DNA of 64,000 bases from Candidatus Saccharimonadota bacterium (GTDB lineage Bacteria > Patescibacteriota > Saccharimonadia > Saccharimonadales > Saccharimonadaceae). Shown in pieces: positions 37,228-47,155 of the stretch. The notes under the pieces are model-generated. The model was not told where the DNA came from. It was given only the letters and a program-made list of their open reading frames with translations, and searched no databases. The stretch is taken from NCBI GenBank assembly GCA_027492635.1, contig JAPUEH010000009.1, positions 48-64,047 on the forward strand, in the 5' to 3' direction. The position numbers and the translations under genes are program-made. Position 1 is the stretch's first letter, and every line of letters starts with the position of its first letter.

Positions 37228-37759
37228 TAGCTCCCCGCTGTTCTATAGCGTCTACTGCATCTTGCAGAAGATTATAAATCTTTTGTGGATGCTCCGCATT
37301 GCGAATCGTAAGATCCCCTACATAGGTTTGAATCACGATAGTGCCAAACCCAAAGAGCTCTCCACTCATTCCTGGTATATTATAGCTTATGTTGTGTATC
37401 TTTGACAATTTAAGCTCTACGACATCGCTACCAAAAAATCCATGTTGCGTAACTTGGCGCAGTCGCTGATTTGTGAGGATAAACACGGTAAAGTACCACA
37501 TAAGAAACTGGTAAGAAAATAATAATAACCCTAAAACCAGCCCACCAATCGGCAGCAAAAAAAGCTCAAGTTGTGTTTGCCAGATGAGTGGTGGAATCGC
37601 ACTGAGTGCAAAGGGAATCAGTAACATATAGAAGCCCTTGCGCATCGCAATCATATGGCGACGAAACACCAAAATCACCTCTTCGTCGGCACGCTGTCCG
37701 TCAAAGGATTTATCAGCGACATCGCTGGTTTCTGGCTGCTTTTTCCTAAATATACCCAT
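37163..37759 (-). CDS. PH-domain (bPH_2/YdbT-like) membrane protein
   Basis: 198 aa: EEVILVFRRHMIAMRKGFYMLLIPF, two TM helices, then FGTIVIQTYVGDLTIRNAEHPQKIYNLLQD. Confidence 0.75.
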   Translation of the reverse strand: MGIFRKKQPETSDVADKSFDGQRADEEVILVFRRHMIAMRKGFYMLLIPFALSAIPPLIWQTQLELFLLPIGGLVLGLLLFSYQFLMWYFTVFILTNQRLRQVTQHGFFGSDVVELKLSKIHNISYNIPGMSGELFGFGTIVIQTYVGDLTIRNAEHPQKIYNLLQDAVDAIEQRGANEENYIEAEAVEQTREADADN

Positions 37760-37774
37760 CTTTTTGCTTCATTT

Positions 37775-37849
37775 TGGTACCCCCGCTACGATTCGAACGT
37801 AGATCGACACCTTAGGACGGAGCTGTTCTATCCATTGAACTACAGGGGC
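37775..37849 (-). tRNA. tRNA-Arg (CCT), CCA encoded
   Basis: Minus strand: GCCCCTG TA GTTC AATGGATA GAAC A GCTCC GTCCTAA GGTGT CGAT CTACG TTCGAAT CGTAG CGGGGGT A CCA. There is a G1:U72 wobble and one U:U mismatch in the anticodon stem. Confidence 0.8.
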
Positions 37850-37976
37850 AGATAGTCCTAGTAGGGGCTTGCCCCTCCGTCTGTAGTGAGAAGTGAATTC
37901 CAACTACAGAGCCCTTCCTCTAAAGCCGATGCTGCGCATCGTTGCCCCTCGGGATTGGCGACTATTTCAGTATATC

Positions 37977-38001
37977 AAAAACGACCTCTGATGACGAGGC
38001 C
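37977..38001 (-). terminator. Intrinsic terminator after ndk
   Basis: Minus strand GGCCUC-gucauca-GAGGUC followed by GUUUUU. Confidence 0.65.
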
Positions 38002-38029
38002 GCTTTCTTCATGAAATGCGACTCTACGC

Positions 38030-38542
38030 TTAGCGCACAAATTTTTCGTTGACACGCTCATAGCTGTAGAGCTCGGCATCGCTAAACCAATGCGAAATCT
38101 CTTGCTCTGCCTCTTCTGGGTCGCCGCTGGCATGGATAAGATTTGGAATCCCCTTGCCTTCGTCATCGGCATACCCAAAGCTCATGTGTGAATAATCGCC
38201 GCGAATCGTACCGGGTGCAGCAGAAAACGGCTCAGTACCACCAACCATCTTGCGAACCTGCGCCACAGAGTCAACACCCTCAAGCACAATCGCAATCACA
38301 GGACCCTGATTCATAAAATCAAGCGTCACTTTGAATGCTTTGTCGCCACGACGTGTCACCATTTTGCCAATTTCTTCGTAGTGTTTAAAATAGTGATCAC
38401 GATCTGGTGCAATCATCTTAGTCGCAATAATCTTGAGTCCAACTCGCTCAAAACGCGTCAAGATTTCGCCAACAATACCGCGCTGCACGGCATCTGGCTT
38501 GAAAACTACTAGTGTATGTTGAATGTGGGTATTATCTGCCAC
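38030..38542 (-). CDS. ndk: Nucleoside-diphosphate kinase
   Basis: TLVVFKPDAVQRGIVGEILTRFERVGLKIIA ... NLIHASGD (active-site His region). 170 aa. Confidence 0.93.
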   Translation of the reverse strand: MADNTHIQHTLVVFKPDAVQRGIVGEILTRFERVGLKIIATKMIAPDRDHYFKHYEEIGKMVTRRGDKAFKVTLDFMNQGPVIAIVLEGVDSVAQVRKMVGGTEPFSAAPGTIRGDYSHMSFGYADDEGKGIPNLIHASGDPEEAEQEISHWFSDAELYSYERVNEKFVR

Positions 38543-38596
38543 GTATTCTCCTTTGTTAACTTCTCCTACGGTCTAGTATAGCCTATACTAGAAAGA

Positions 38597-39523
38597 ATGG
38601 AAAAGGACGATACATATTTCTCCTCGCTGATGTACGATTTCATAGAATCGCTTGAGGTTGAAGGCGGACGCAGTAGCAAAACAGCCGAAAACTACCGCCA
38701 CTATCTTTCGCGGTTTGTTGATTTTGCTGGTGACATACTTGTCGGAGAAATTACTCCAGATATGTTGCGTAAATATAGACTTTGGCTCAATCGTTATGAA
38801 AACGACAACAAAGAGCGTTTGTCAGTCAACACCCAAAGCTATCACCTCATTGCCCTGCGAGGCTTTTTGCAGTATCTCTCCAAGCGAGATATTGAGTCCC
38901 TCCCGCCCAACAAGATTGAACTACCAAAAACATCCCGTAAACAAGTTACTTTTTTGCATTTCGACGAGATTGAGCGACTGAGAAGTGCCGTAAACACAAC
39001 AAGCGAAAGCGGACTGCGCGACCGAGCAATCCTGGAGCTACTTTTTTCGAGCGGGCTGCGCGTGTCCGAACTCATCAATCTCAACAGAGATCACATCAAT
39101 ACAGTCAGGCGCGAGTTTATGGTACGCGGCAAAGGACAGAAAGATCGCCCCGTATTCATTAGCGATACCGCCGCAGAACATGTCGAAAGCTATCTCGATG
39201 TGCGCACCGACAGCCTTGCACCACTCTTTCTTAGTTATAGCCGAAACGCAGGAACGCCCGATACTACTGGTGAATATCGACGACTCACCGCACGCAGTGT
39301 ACAACGCATGATCAGCAACTATGCACGACTTGCCGGCATCACCAAGCATGTCAGCCCCCACACCATGCGTCATAGTTTTGCGACTGACCTTCTGATGAAT
39401 GGTGCGGATATCCGCAGCGTCCAGACGATGCTTGGTCATGCAGATATCAGTACAACACAAGTCTATACACATGTCACCGATGAACATCTGCGCGAAATAC
39501 ACGAAAAATTCCACAGTGAATAA
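38597..39523 (+). CDS. Tyrosine recombinase, XerC/XerD family
   Basis: 308 aa with a SAM-like N-domain. The catalytic residues lie in GLRVSEL (R), HTMRHSFAT (HxxR) and LGHADISTTQVYTHV (H..Y). Confidence 0.9.
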   Translation: MEKDDTYFSSLMYDFIESLEVEGGRSSKTAENYRHYLSRFVDFAGDILVGEITPDMLRKYRLWLNRYENDNKERLSVNTQSYHLIALRGFLQYLSKRDIESLPPNKIELPKTSRKQVTFLHFDEIERLRSAVNTTSESGLRDRAILELLFSSGLRVSELINLNRDHINTVRREFMVRGKGQKDRPVFISDTAAEHVESYLDVRTDSLAPLFLSYSRNAGTPDTTGEYRRLTARSVQRMISNYARLAGITKHVSPHTMRHSFATDLLMNGADIRSVQTMLGHADISTTQVYTHVTDEHLREIHEKFHSE

Positions 39524-39553
39524 AATTACCGTCCAAGCGAGGACGGTAATTTT
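39522..39553. terminator. Bidirectional terminator between the recombinase gene and the pilus locus
   Basis: aaaattaccgtcc-aagcga-ggacggtaatttt. Confidence 0.8.
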
Positions 39554-39580
39554 ATTCACTAAAGTGTTAAATTTTGAACA

Positions 39581-40888
39581 CTATGGAGTGACGGTCTCTG
39601 GGTTACGAATATCTACACATGGTGGCGTAGGTGCTCCCGTATAATAGTCATCTGGATCGTCCGTTACAAGGAAGTCTTTACACACATCACTGCCTGCACC
39701 AACGGCTGCGCGCGGATATGGCGCCTCGCTGGCATCAGCCGATTCAACACGCGATACGAGACGGCGAAATACGTTATTTGCACGCCCTGTCACATCTACT
39801 TCTGGCTGAACATTTCTAAACAAAACTGGCTGACCACGGTCGTCAAGTAGTGTAATCTCAAAACTTGTTTCACGGTAGACTGATGCAAGAGTAAGATAGC
39901 TAAATACCGATACATCCCCTGCATTTGGTAAACGAAGATATGTTTCGCACATATACTCAGCAGCCTGCTGACAGCGCACCTGAACAGGATAATTGACCGT
40001 TTTTGCATCAAGGTCATTTTGGTTTGGAGCAGTCAATGGACGATGCAAATCCTCTACCGCCATATCAATAGGGCTACCACTTGTCACACGACCGCGATCG
40101 CTTGGGTACAAAAATGCAGCTCGCGCATTGGCGTCAATCTCATCGAGATTGACCGCGCCAGGATGGTACTGGACCGAACCAACTCGCAGCACAGAGCCTC
40201 GCTTGCTCGCCTGCCAATCCTTTTTACTTGGAAACGCGACGTAATCAAGCTTTTCCTGTTCGCTTAGACCAGCTGGTGGATCAATCGGTCGAAACTCTGG
40301 AGAATCACCATTCGCAAGGTTCATATCGCTTGGTGCAAGCCACCTGATACGAACAGTGCTAAATGCCGCACCGTCTGTTTTAAGAGGGATGAATCGTATA
40401 TCACCCTCATTGCGGGTTTTGCCAACATATGTTTGTGTATCGGGGGTGATTTTCACACATGTATATGCCTGTTGAAGAGCGCTATCTCCCTCGGACTGTT
40501 GGATCTTGCGCTCACCAGACTCACCCGTCCCCAACGCACGGCTCACAGTATCACAGTTGGCAGTTGGTCCGCTAATAGCACTAGCGATCCTTCGACACTT
40601 CTCTTGATCCTGAGCGTTGCCTTGTGTCACCGTTGCCCTCTCCTGGCAGTCGGCATACTGCGCGAGGACACGTTTTGCATCTTCTGTGCCAGCATTTGCC
40701 GAGTCGAGTGCACTCTGCGCCAGGTCATTGTCTGTTGCTTGCTGCTGATCAGACAGCATCAAGACAGTAAAGCCGATCGTAATAGCGGTAAACAGCAATG
40801 CGGTGAATATCACCACGAACAGTGATACTGCCCCCTGTTGCGTATGTCTATTTTGATACCTCATCATTCCCCCTTTTGCTTCTATCAT
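39581..40888 (-). CDS. PilX-like pilus-associated protein (N-terminal hydrophobic pseudopilin-like segment)
   Basis: 435 aa: ...HTQQGAVSLFVVIFTALLFTAITIGFTVLMLS, then a large extracytoplasmic domain. It is the last gene of the pilin block. The likely start is ATG 40867/40864 after GGGGGA. Confidence 0.6.
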   Translation of the reverse strand: MIEAKGGMMRYQNRHTQQGAVSLFVVIFTALLFTAITIGFTVLMLSDQQQATDNDLAQSALDSANAGTEDAKRVLAQYADCQERATVTQGNAQDQEKCRRIASAISGPTANCDTVSRALGTGESGERKIQQSEGDSALQQAYTCVKITPDTQTYVGKTRNEGDIRFIPLKTDGAAFSTVRIRWLAPSDMNLANGDSPEFRPIDPPAGLSEQEKLDYVAFPSKKDWQASKRGSVLRVGSVQYHPGAVNLDEIDANARAAFLYPSDRGRVTSGSPIDMAVEDLHRPLTAPNQNDLDAKTVNYPVQVRCQQAAEYMCETYLRLPNAGDVSVFSYLTLASVYRETSFEITLLDDRGQPVLFRNVQPEVDVTGRANNVFRRLVSRVESADASEAPYPRAAVGAGSDVCKDFLVTDDPDDYYTGAPTPPCVDIRNPETVTP

Positions 40889-40892
40889 ACCA

Positions 40893-41819
40893 CTAATTTC
40901 CTATTCTGCCTGTCCTTGCTACAAATTCCAACTTATTCACCGCACAATACTCACTTTCATTCTGCTCGGCCTCTGATGGCGGCTTGCAGGACTGGCTCGA
41001 TGCGATCAAGCCATCCTCATCGTTTTCATCACCATTTTGCGTCCCTAAAACCATTGAAACATGGTAAAACGTTGATATTGCCGTAATATCATCAGACTTT
41101 TCATCTGTAGTTGGCTTGAGTGGCGTTGTTACTCCAAAACTATAGAGCACCAATTCATCGTTGCCAGAACCAAACACATTCAAATAATCTTTTTCACTGC
41201 CCAGCATACTACTAAACCTATTGATATCTTGCTCAGTAGCGCCACTGCCCTCGACACGACAGAGTGATTTGGTCGTGTCACGCTTTTTAACAAAACGCAC
41301 TGGAATTTTTTGCGTGCTGCCATCTGTTAGTGTGCGTTCTACGAATTGTAGCGGATAGCCTCCCAGCGGCGCAGTTGTGTTACTTTGACGCTTGTATGTT
41401 TCTGTCCCCGAACCCCCAAATAGACTGCCTCGATACGCTTTTAGCGCGCCGCCAGTATTCCATGCGTAAGAGTACACACCTGTACACAGACGTCCACCCG
41501 CATCATTCACGTAGTAATCGACTGTTTTTTCACTAGCCTGTTTGAGCGTTACAGCATCAACTGGTTGATTTGTCGTATCGTCAATATATTGAATTTTGAA
41601 AAAATCCGACCCCGAAATACTCTGCTGAATATCCCTCACGACGATACGCGACACTTCATTGACACTTTTGAGCGTAAGACCCTTGTTGTATATACCCATA
41701 ATCTGGATAATGATTAATGCAATCACCATGAGCAGTGATCCAATAAATCCTACGGAAAGCATCAGCTCAATCAATGTGAAGCCTTTTTGCCTCTTAGTGT
41801 GTTGTTTATCGTGGTACAT
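40893..41819 (-). CDS. Minor pilin / pseudopilin (prepilin-type N-terminal cleavage/methylation domain)
   Basis: KRQKG|FTLIELMLSVGFIGSLLMVIAL class III signal. 308 aa. Confidence 0.8.
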   Translation of the reverse strand: MYHDKQHTKRQKGFTLIELMLSVGFIGSLLMVIALIIIQIMGIYNKGLTLKSVNEVSRIVVRDIQQSISGSDFFKIQYIDDTTNQPVDAVTLKQASEKTVDYYVNDAGGRLCTGVYSYAWNTGGALKAYRGSLFGGSGTETYKRQSNTTAPLGGYPLQFVERTLTDGSTQKIPVRFVKKRDTTKSLCRVEGSGATEQDINRFSSMLGSEKDYLNVFGSGNDELVLYSFGVTTPLKPTTDEKSDDITAISTFYHVSMVLGTQNGDENDEDGLIASSQSCKPPSEAEQNESEYCAVNKLEFVARTGRIGN

Positions 41820-42453
41820 ATAGCCTCACAATCGTGCCGAGTTTCATGAGTCCGCCACCCGAACCAGGTGAGTCCCAGCATGCTCGCACATGAAAATCAT
41901 AATAACGCGTAAGCGATAGTGCATCACCGCCTCCATTTACTGCCTGTATCCATATCATATTAGACAAAGAGGATACCGCACCAGTTCCTGTTTGAATCTG
42001 TGCAAACGTCTCAGACGCTTCGATACGTTCCTTACCCTGAACTAACCCGCTCTTTGGATCAATAAAGAATGCATGGTCCGGCAGCGATGCAGGCTCACAA
42101 GGGCGTACCTGGCTTGAGTTTGTACGGCAATTTGCCACGCCATTGCAATTAAATACACTAATAAGATCATAGCTTTGAGCAGCAGGATCAGCGCGCCCTG
42201 CAAGTCGATCCCACTCCTGTGAATCGGTGGTTGTGTTGCGTCCAATAGAAGTTAGCTTGGCATTATTAAGGTGTCTCAGCAGCTCCGCCTGCGTATCGAT
42301 TTGGTTGCGCACGAGATTTATCTCTAGTGCGTTCTGTGCGGAAGAAATACCTTGATTCATGATGGCGATCGCACCAATCACAATCGCACTAAAAATTGCA
42401 ATTGCTAACAAGACTTCAATGAGAGTATCTCCAGCTTGTCTTCGAACTAACAT
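41806..42453 (-). CDS. Minor pilin / pseudopilin
   Basis: MLVRRQAG|DTLIEVLLAIAIFSAIVIGAIAI, with Glu at +5. 215 aa. Confidence 0.7.
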   Translation of the reverse strand: MLVRRQAGDTLIEVLLAIAIFSAIVIGAIAIMNQGISSAQNALEINLVRNQIDTQAELLRHLNNAKLTSIGRNTTTDSQEWDRLAGRADPAAQSYDLISVFNCNGVANCRTNSSQVRPCEPASLPDHAFFIDPKSGLVQGKERIEASETFAQIQTGTGAVSSLSNMIWIQAVNGGGDALSLTRYYDFHVRACWDSPGSGGGLMKLGTIVRLYVPR

Positions 42454-43241
42454 TCCGGACTCCCGTCTTCTTTGTTGAGGCGCGTCTCTACGTTGCTGGA
42501 TGTTGTTGCGGCCTTGTGTACGATAATCGCCATACGTTCGGATGGATCAATCCCACCAAGCAAATCGGCAAGACAAAATTTCACGCTTTCCATATGGCTG
42601 AGATTAATACGATCGTTTAGATTGGTATAGTTTGGTGCAGTTGACTCACCCGCAAGAAGATTATACGTCTGAACGGTGCCATTAACTGGCGAGCGTAGCA
42701 CAAGAAGCTCAATGGCCATCATGTCGTTTGTGCCTGGGCTCACTGCTGCAAGCCCCCAATCGATCTCATCGTCTTCTATTAGGCTGGCGTTACTATCATG
42801 GCGCTTGATAGTATATTGCGTTGTCAGATCGCCTTCCGTCGCAGATGCAGCGCCCTGCTGACTACCGAATCGCTGGCCTGCCCCCGCTATTGGCTGCGCA
42901 ACAACAGGTGAAATGCGCAAACGCGACTTTTGTCCATCAGGTTCAATGCGAATCAAACGACCCACATAAAAACAGCTTGACGTCCCCCGTGAGACTGGCG
43001 CACCAGATCCGCAAGGATCTTCATTACCGCTCCCAGAAGCCGTATTGTCGTTCGTCAAGCTATATACTTTTGTAAATTGAACGCTAAGCTTGTTGCGAGT
43101 TGCTTCAACACCATCGCGGTAATGCTGCTGATTTAATGAGTTTGATGTACTAGCCAAAATACCCGCAAGCAACAGCCCGGTAATTGCCAGAAAGAGCATT
43201 ACCTCAATAATCGTAAACCCGCGTGAAAATCTACTACCCAT
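42447..43241 (-). CDS. Minor pilin / pseudopilin (FimT/GspH-like)
   Basis: MGSRFSRG|FTIIEVMLFLAITGLLLAGILA. 264 aa. Confidence 0.8.
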   Translation of the reverse strand: MGSRFSRGFTIIEVMLFLAITGLLLAGILASTSNSLNQQHYRDGVEATRNKLSVQFTKVYSLTNDNTASGSGNEDPCGSGAPVSRGTSSCFYVGRLIRIEPDGQKSRLRISPVVAQPIAGAGQRFGSQQGAASATEGDLTTQYTIKRHDSNASLIEDDEIDWGLAAVSPGTNDMMAIELLVLRSPVNGTVQTYNLLAGESTAPNYTNLNDRINLSHMESVKFCLADLLGGIDPSERMAIIVHKAATTSSNVETRLNKEDGSPEC

Positions 43242-43275
43242 TTGTCTCTGATTATAGCATAAGCGTTGTTATTTT

Positions 43276-44166
43276 TTAGAACAAAATCGCACTAAAATAC
43301 ACATTTAGCAGCTGAGCTCCAAAAAGAAACGTTATGATGAACGCAAGGATAAGGAATGGCCCAAATGGCACTCGCGTCGTACGGGTAACTTTTTTGGCAA
43401 GCATTGCCGGAATCAATACAACACAGCCAATAAGATTGGCAAGAAATATTAATAACACTCCATACTCCCAGCGCGGCAACATCAATGCCATAGGTACAAG
43501 TAGCTTCACGTCGCCAAACCCTATCCAGCCCCCTCTAGATACCACATACAGCAGGCCGTAAAATCCTGGCAGTACGGCAAGCGTGATGGCAATTGTAATC
43601 AGTTTATCTCCCCAGAGAGGCTGTGCAGTTTGAGCAAAACCTATGGCAAGATATAGCACCGCAAGCAACAATATGACGATTGTGATGCGATCAAGCAGCA
43701 AAAACCACTTTGCGTCATACATCCAATGGATTGCAAGCAGCACAAGTATGATAAGCCAAATGAGTAGAAAAGCCACTCCCTGCCCGTCGAAGCTGTACGG
43801 CCACACGAGATACGAGACGACAAATACCGCGCCAAGACCCAGCTCAGCACATATCTCCATTTTGCCAATAGGCTTTTTGCAGGTACGACACTTACCCCTG
43901 GTCGCCATCCAGCTAACGACAGGGATAAGATCGTACCACGCTAATTGCCGCTCGCAGTGCAAGCAGACCGACCGATCAGTCGTTGTGCCGTGTTTCTTGT
44001 TGCTAATAGCCTTTACTTCTGTAGCCTCTGTAGGCGCAATTTTTATTCCATGTTTTTTATCGTCAGCCAATTGCGCGACACGAAGCCTCCAGACTTGTGC
44101 GGCCGCAAAACTTCCCAAAGCAGCCCCAACTACAAACAACGAGACAATCACTACTATATCAATCAT
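43276..44166 (-). CDS. pilD: Prepilin peptidase (A24 family)
   Basis: Has the zinc-ribbon-like CLHCERQLAWYDLIPVVSWMATRGKCRTCKKPI, polytopic TM segments and GFGDVKLL. Confidence 0.92.
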   Translation of the reverse strand: MIDIVVIVSLFVVGAALGSFAAAQVWRLRVAQLADDKKHGIKIAPTEATEVKAISNKKHGTTTDRSVCLHCERQLAWYDLIPVVSWMATRGKCRTCKKPIGKMEICAELGLGAVFVVSYLVWPYSFDGQGVAFLLIWLIILVLLAIHWMYDAKWFLLLDRITIVILLLAVLYLAIGFAQTAQPLWGDKLITIAITLAVLPGFYGLLYVVSRGGWIGFGDVKLLVPMALMLPRWEYGVLLIFLANLIGCVVLIPAMLAKKVTRTTRVPFGPFLILAFIITFLFGAQLLNVYFSAILF

Positions 44167-44198
44167 AAGCTCTATGATACGCTATTTTACAGCAAAAG

Positions 44199-44232
44199 AA
44201 AAACCCAGTATCACGAGGGATACTGGGTTTTT
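44199..44232. terminator. Terminator after the major pilin gene
   Basis: aaaaa-cccagtatc-acgagg-gatactggg-ttttt. Confidence 0.8.
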
Positions 44233-44255
44233 GATGTGCGATTGCTACCCGAGGA

Positions 44256-44747
44256 TTATACCTCAACACACTGCACGCCACCACCTTCAAGAGGTTTGAC
44301 GAGATTCATGCGTCGAGAGCCTTCACTGTTTGGAGCAGTCGGAGTTTGACCGTCACCACAAGTTCCACCCTTGCTGAAGTAGATATTTTCTGTAATATCC
44401 TCACTCCATGCAGGAACAGTACCATTAGTCGTAATTTGGACTAGTCGATAGTTGTCGCCAGACGGATCGGCAAATGTATCGTTACCCTTGCGAAGATACT
44501 TCGAAAGGTAGCTATCGTTCGTTAGGTCACTGCTAGTAGGCAGTTGCCCACGCGCACCAGACTTATAGTTGTTGAGCGATGACTGCAGACGACTCACGTC
44601 GTTTTTGCGCTGCGTATCACGCTGTCCACGCTGAAGTGCAGGCAAAGCCAAGAACACCATCAGAAGGATCAATGCAGCAATAGCAAGCACGAGCACAACT
44701 TCGATGATGGTAAATCCTTCATCTTGCTGTTTGTGTACTTTATTCAT
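44256..44747 (-). CDS. pilA: Major type IV pilin
   Basis: MNKVHKQQDEG|FTIIEVVLVLAIAALILLMVFLALPALQRGQRD. AAAGGTGG lies upstream of ATG 44747. The longer ORF-track start adds an Arg-rich non-protein-like extension. Confidence 0.88.
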   Translation of the reverse strand: MNKVHKQQDEGFTIIEVVLVLAIAALILLMVFLALPALQRGQRDTQRKNDVSRLQSSLNNYKSGARGQLPTSSDLTNDSYLSKYLRKGNDTFADPSGDNYRLVQITTNGTVPAWSEDITENIYFSKGGTCGDGQTPTAPNSEGSRRMNLVKPLEGGGVQCVEV

Positions 44748-44849
44748 ATGAATTTTCCACCTTTCGTATGAATCTGTTAGTTTATTTCCTTTGCGCGGAT
44801 AGCGCTTACGCCTATCATAGCGCACGCGCACCCTCATTGTCTATAGCAA

Positions 44850-46064
44850 TTAGAGATTGCCGCCAGTCACGCTGACGAGGCTGTAAATTGGGAACAAGAT
44901 CGCCATGACAATACCACCAGCAAAAACAGCCATAACCACCATCAAAATAGGTTCAATCGTTGTAGATATAGCCTTGATTTGCTCGTCAAGCTCATCTTCG
45001 TAGACTTTCGCCACCTTACCCATCATGGCGTCGATCTGACCAGACTGCTCGCCAATACTAATCATCTGTGGAATAAGAAGGTCAATATAGTCTTGATCCT
45101 TGATAGCTTTTGACAGTGCAACACCACCCTTGACCTGTTCTTCTGCATTATGAATACTCTCTGCGACAAAGGTATTGTTGACTGCCTCGCCTGCGATATT
45201 AAGCATGTCAAGCATTGGCACACCTGTACTTAACAGCGTCTCACCTGTGCGCGTAAAACGCGCCATGTAGAGTTTACGAAAGAGGTTTTTGATAAGCGGC
45301 ATATTGAGCTTGAGCCTATCGGCAAGACGAATGCCTGATTCCGTCTGGAGGTATTGACGCAAAAAATAGATGCCCGCGCCGAGAGCCAACAGAACCGCCC
45401 ACCAAAATTTCACAATAAATGAAGAAGCTGCTACAAGTGCGGCTGTCAAAAACGGTAAGTCTTTGCCCAAACCGTCATATAGCTTTGATACCTGCGGCAC
45501 AATAGTAACCATCATAAATACCACTACGGCAACAATAACAATCAGCACAATACCCGGATAATACATTGCCCCGCGTACCTTGCGCATTGTTTCGGCGTCT
45601 TTTTCCAACTGATCCGCAATGCGGCGCAGTGCCTTGTCAAGCGTACCAGAGATTTCACCCGCCCGAATAAGCGCCAAGTAGACTCGATCGAATACCTGCG
45701 GATGCTTCGCAAATGAATCACCGAGCGAATGGCCACCTTCCACTGACACGATGATATCCTGCACCACTTGGCGCATCTTGGGATTTTGGGTTTGCTCCAC
45801 GATAGTGTGAAGGCTTTGAGAAAGAGGCAGACCGGCTTCAATGAGAGTCGCGAGAGACCTTGTGAACGTAACTTTGTCTTTACTCGAGATGCGCTGTGTC
45901 AGTCGCGTTATGATATTGCCATCGGCCTCTTCCTGAATATTGAGAGGAGAAAGCCCTTGTGCAATCAGCAATTTCGCCGCATCACGCTCAGACTCTGCCT
46001 GTACAACAGATTTGACAACCTTTTGGGTTTGCTCGTCTTTGGCGGAATATACAAATCGCTGCAT
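44850..46064 (-). CDS. pilC: Type IV pilus platform protein (T2SS F family)
   Basis: 404 aa with two T2SSF repeats and three TM regions. It lies between pilT and pilA. Confidence 0.92.
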   Translation of the reverse strand: MQRFVYSAKDEQTQKVVKSVVQAESERDAAKLLIAQGLSPLNIQEEADGNIITRLTQRISSKDKVTFTRSLATLIEAGLPLSQSLHTIVEQTQNPKMRQVVQDIIVSVEGGHSLGDSFAKHPQVFDRVYLALIRAGEISGTLDKALRRIADQLEKDAETMRKVRGAMYYPGIVLIVIVAVVVFMMVTIVPQVSKLYDGLGKDLPFLTAALVAASSFIVKFWWAVLLALGAGIYFLRQYLQTESGIRLADRLKLNMPLIKNLFRKLYMARFTRTGETLLSTGVPMLDMLNIAGEAVNNTFVAESIHNAEEQVKGGVALSKAIKDQDYIDLLIPQMISIGEQSGQIDAMMGKVAKVYEDELDEQIKAISTTIEPILMVVMAVFAGGIVMAILFPIYSLVSVTGGNL

Positions 46065-46067
46065 GAT

Positions 46068-47138
<1,071 letters not shown>

Positions 47139-47155
47139 AATACTCTCCTTTTGCC

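Noticed and set aside
37850-37975. Three adjacent hairpins (gatgc-gca-gcatc, ctgtagt...actacag, ggggc-aa-gcccc in RNA sense) upstream of tRNA-Arg, as a possible pseudo-tRNA or tRNA-like element
   Set aside because: There is no T-loop consensus, no acceptor pairing and no anticodon-loop geometry. It is most simply a structured tRNA leader or promoter region.
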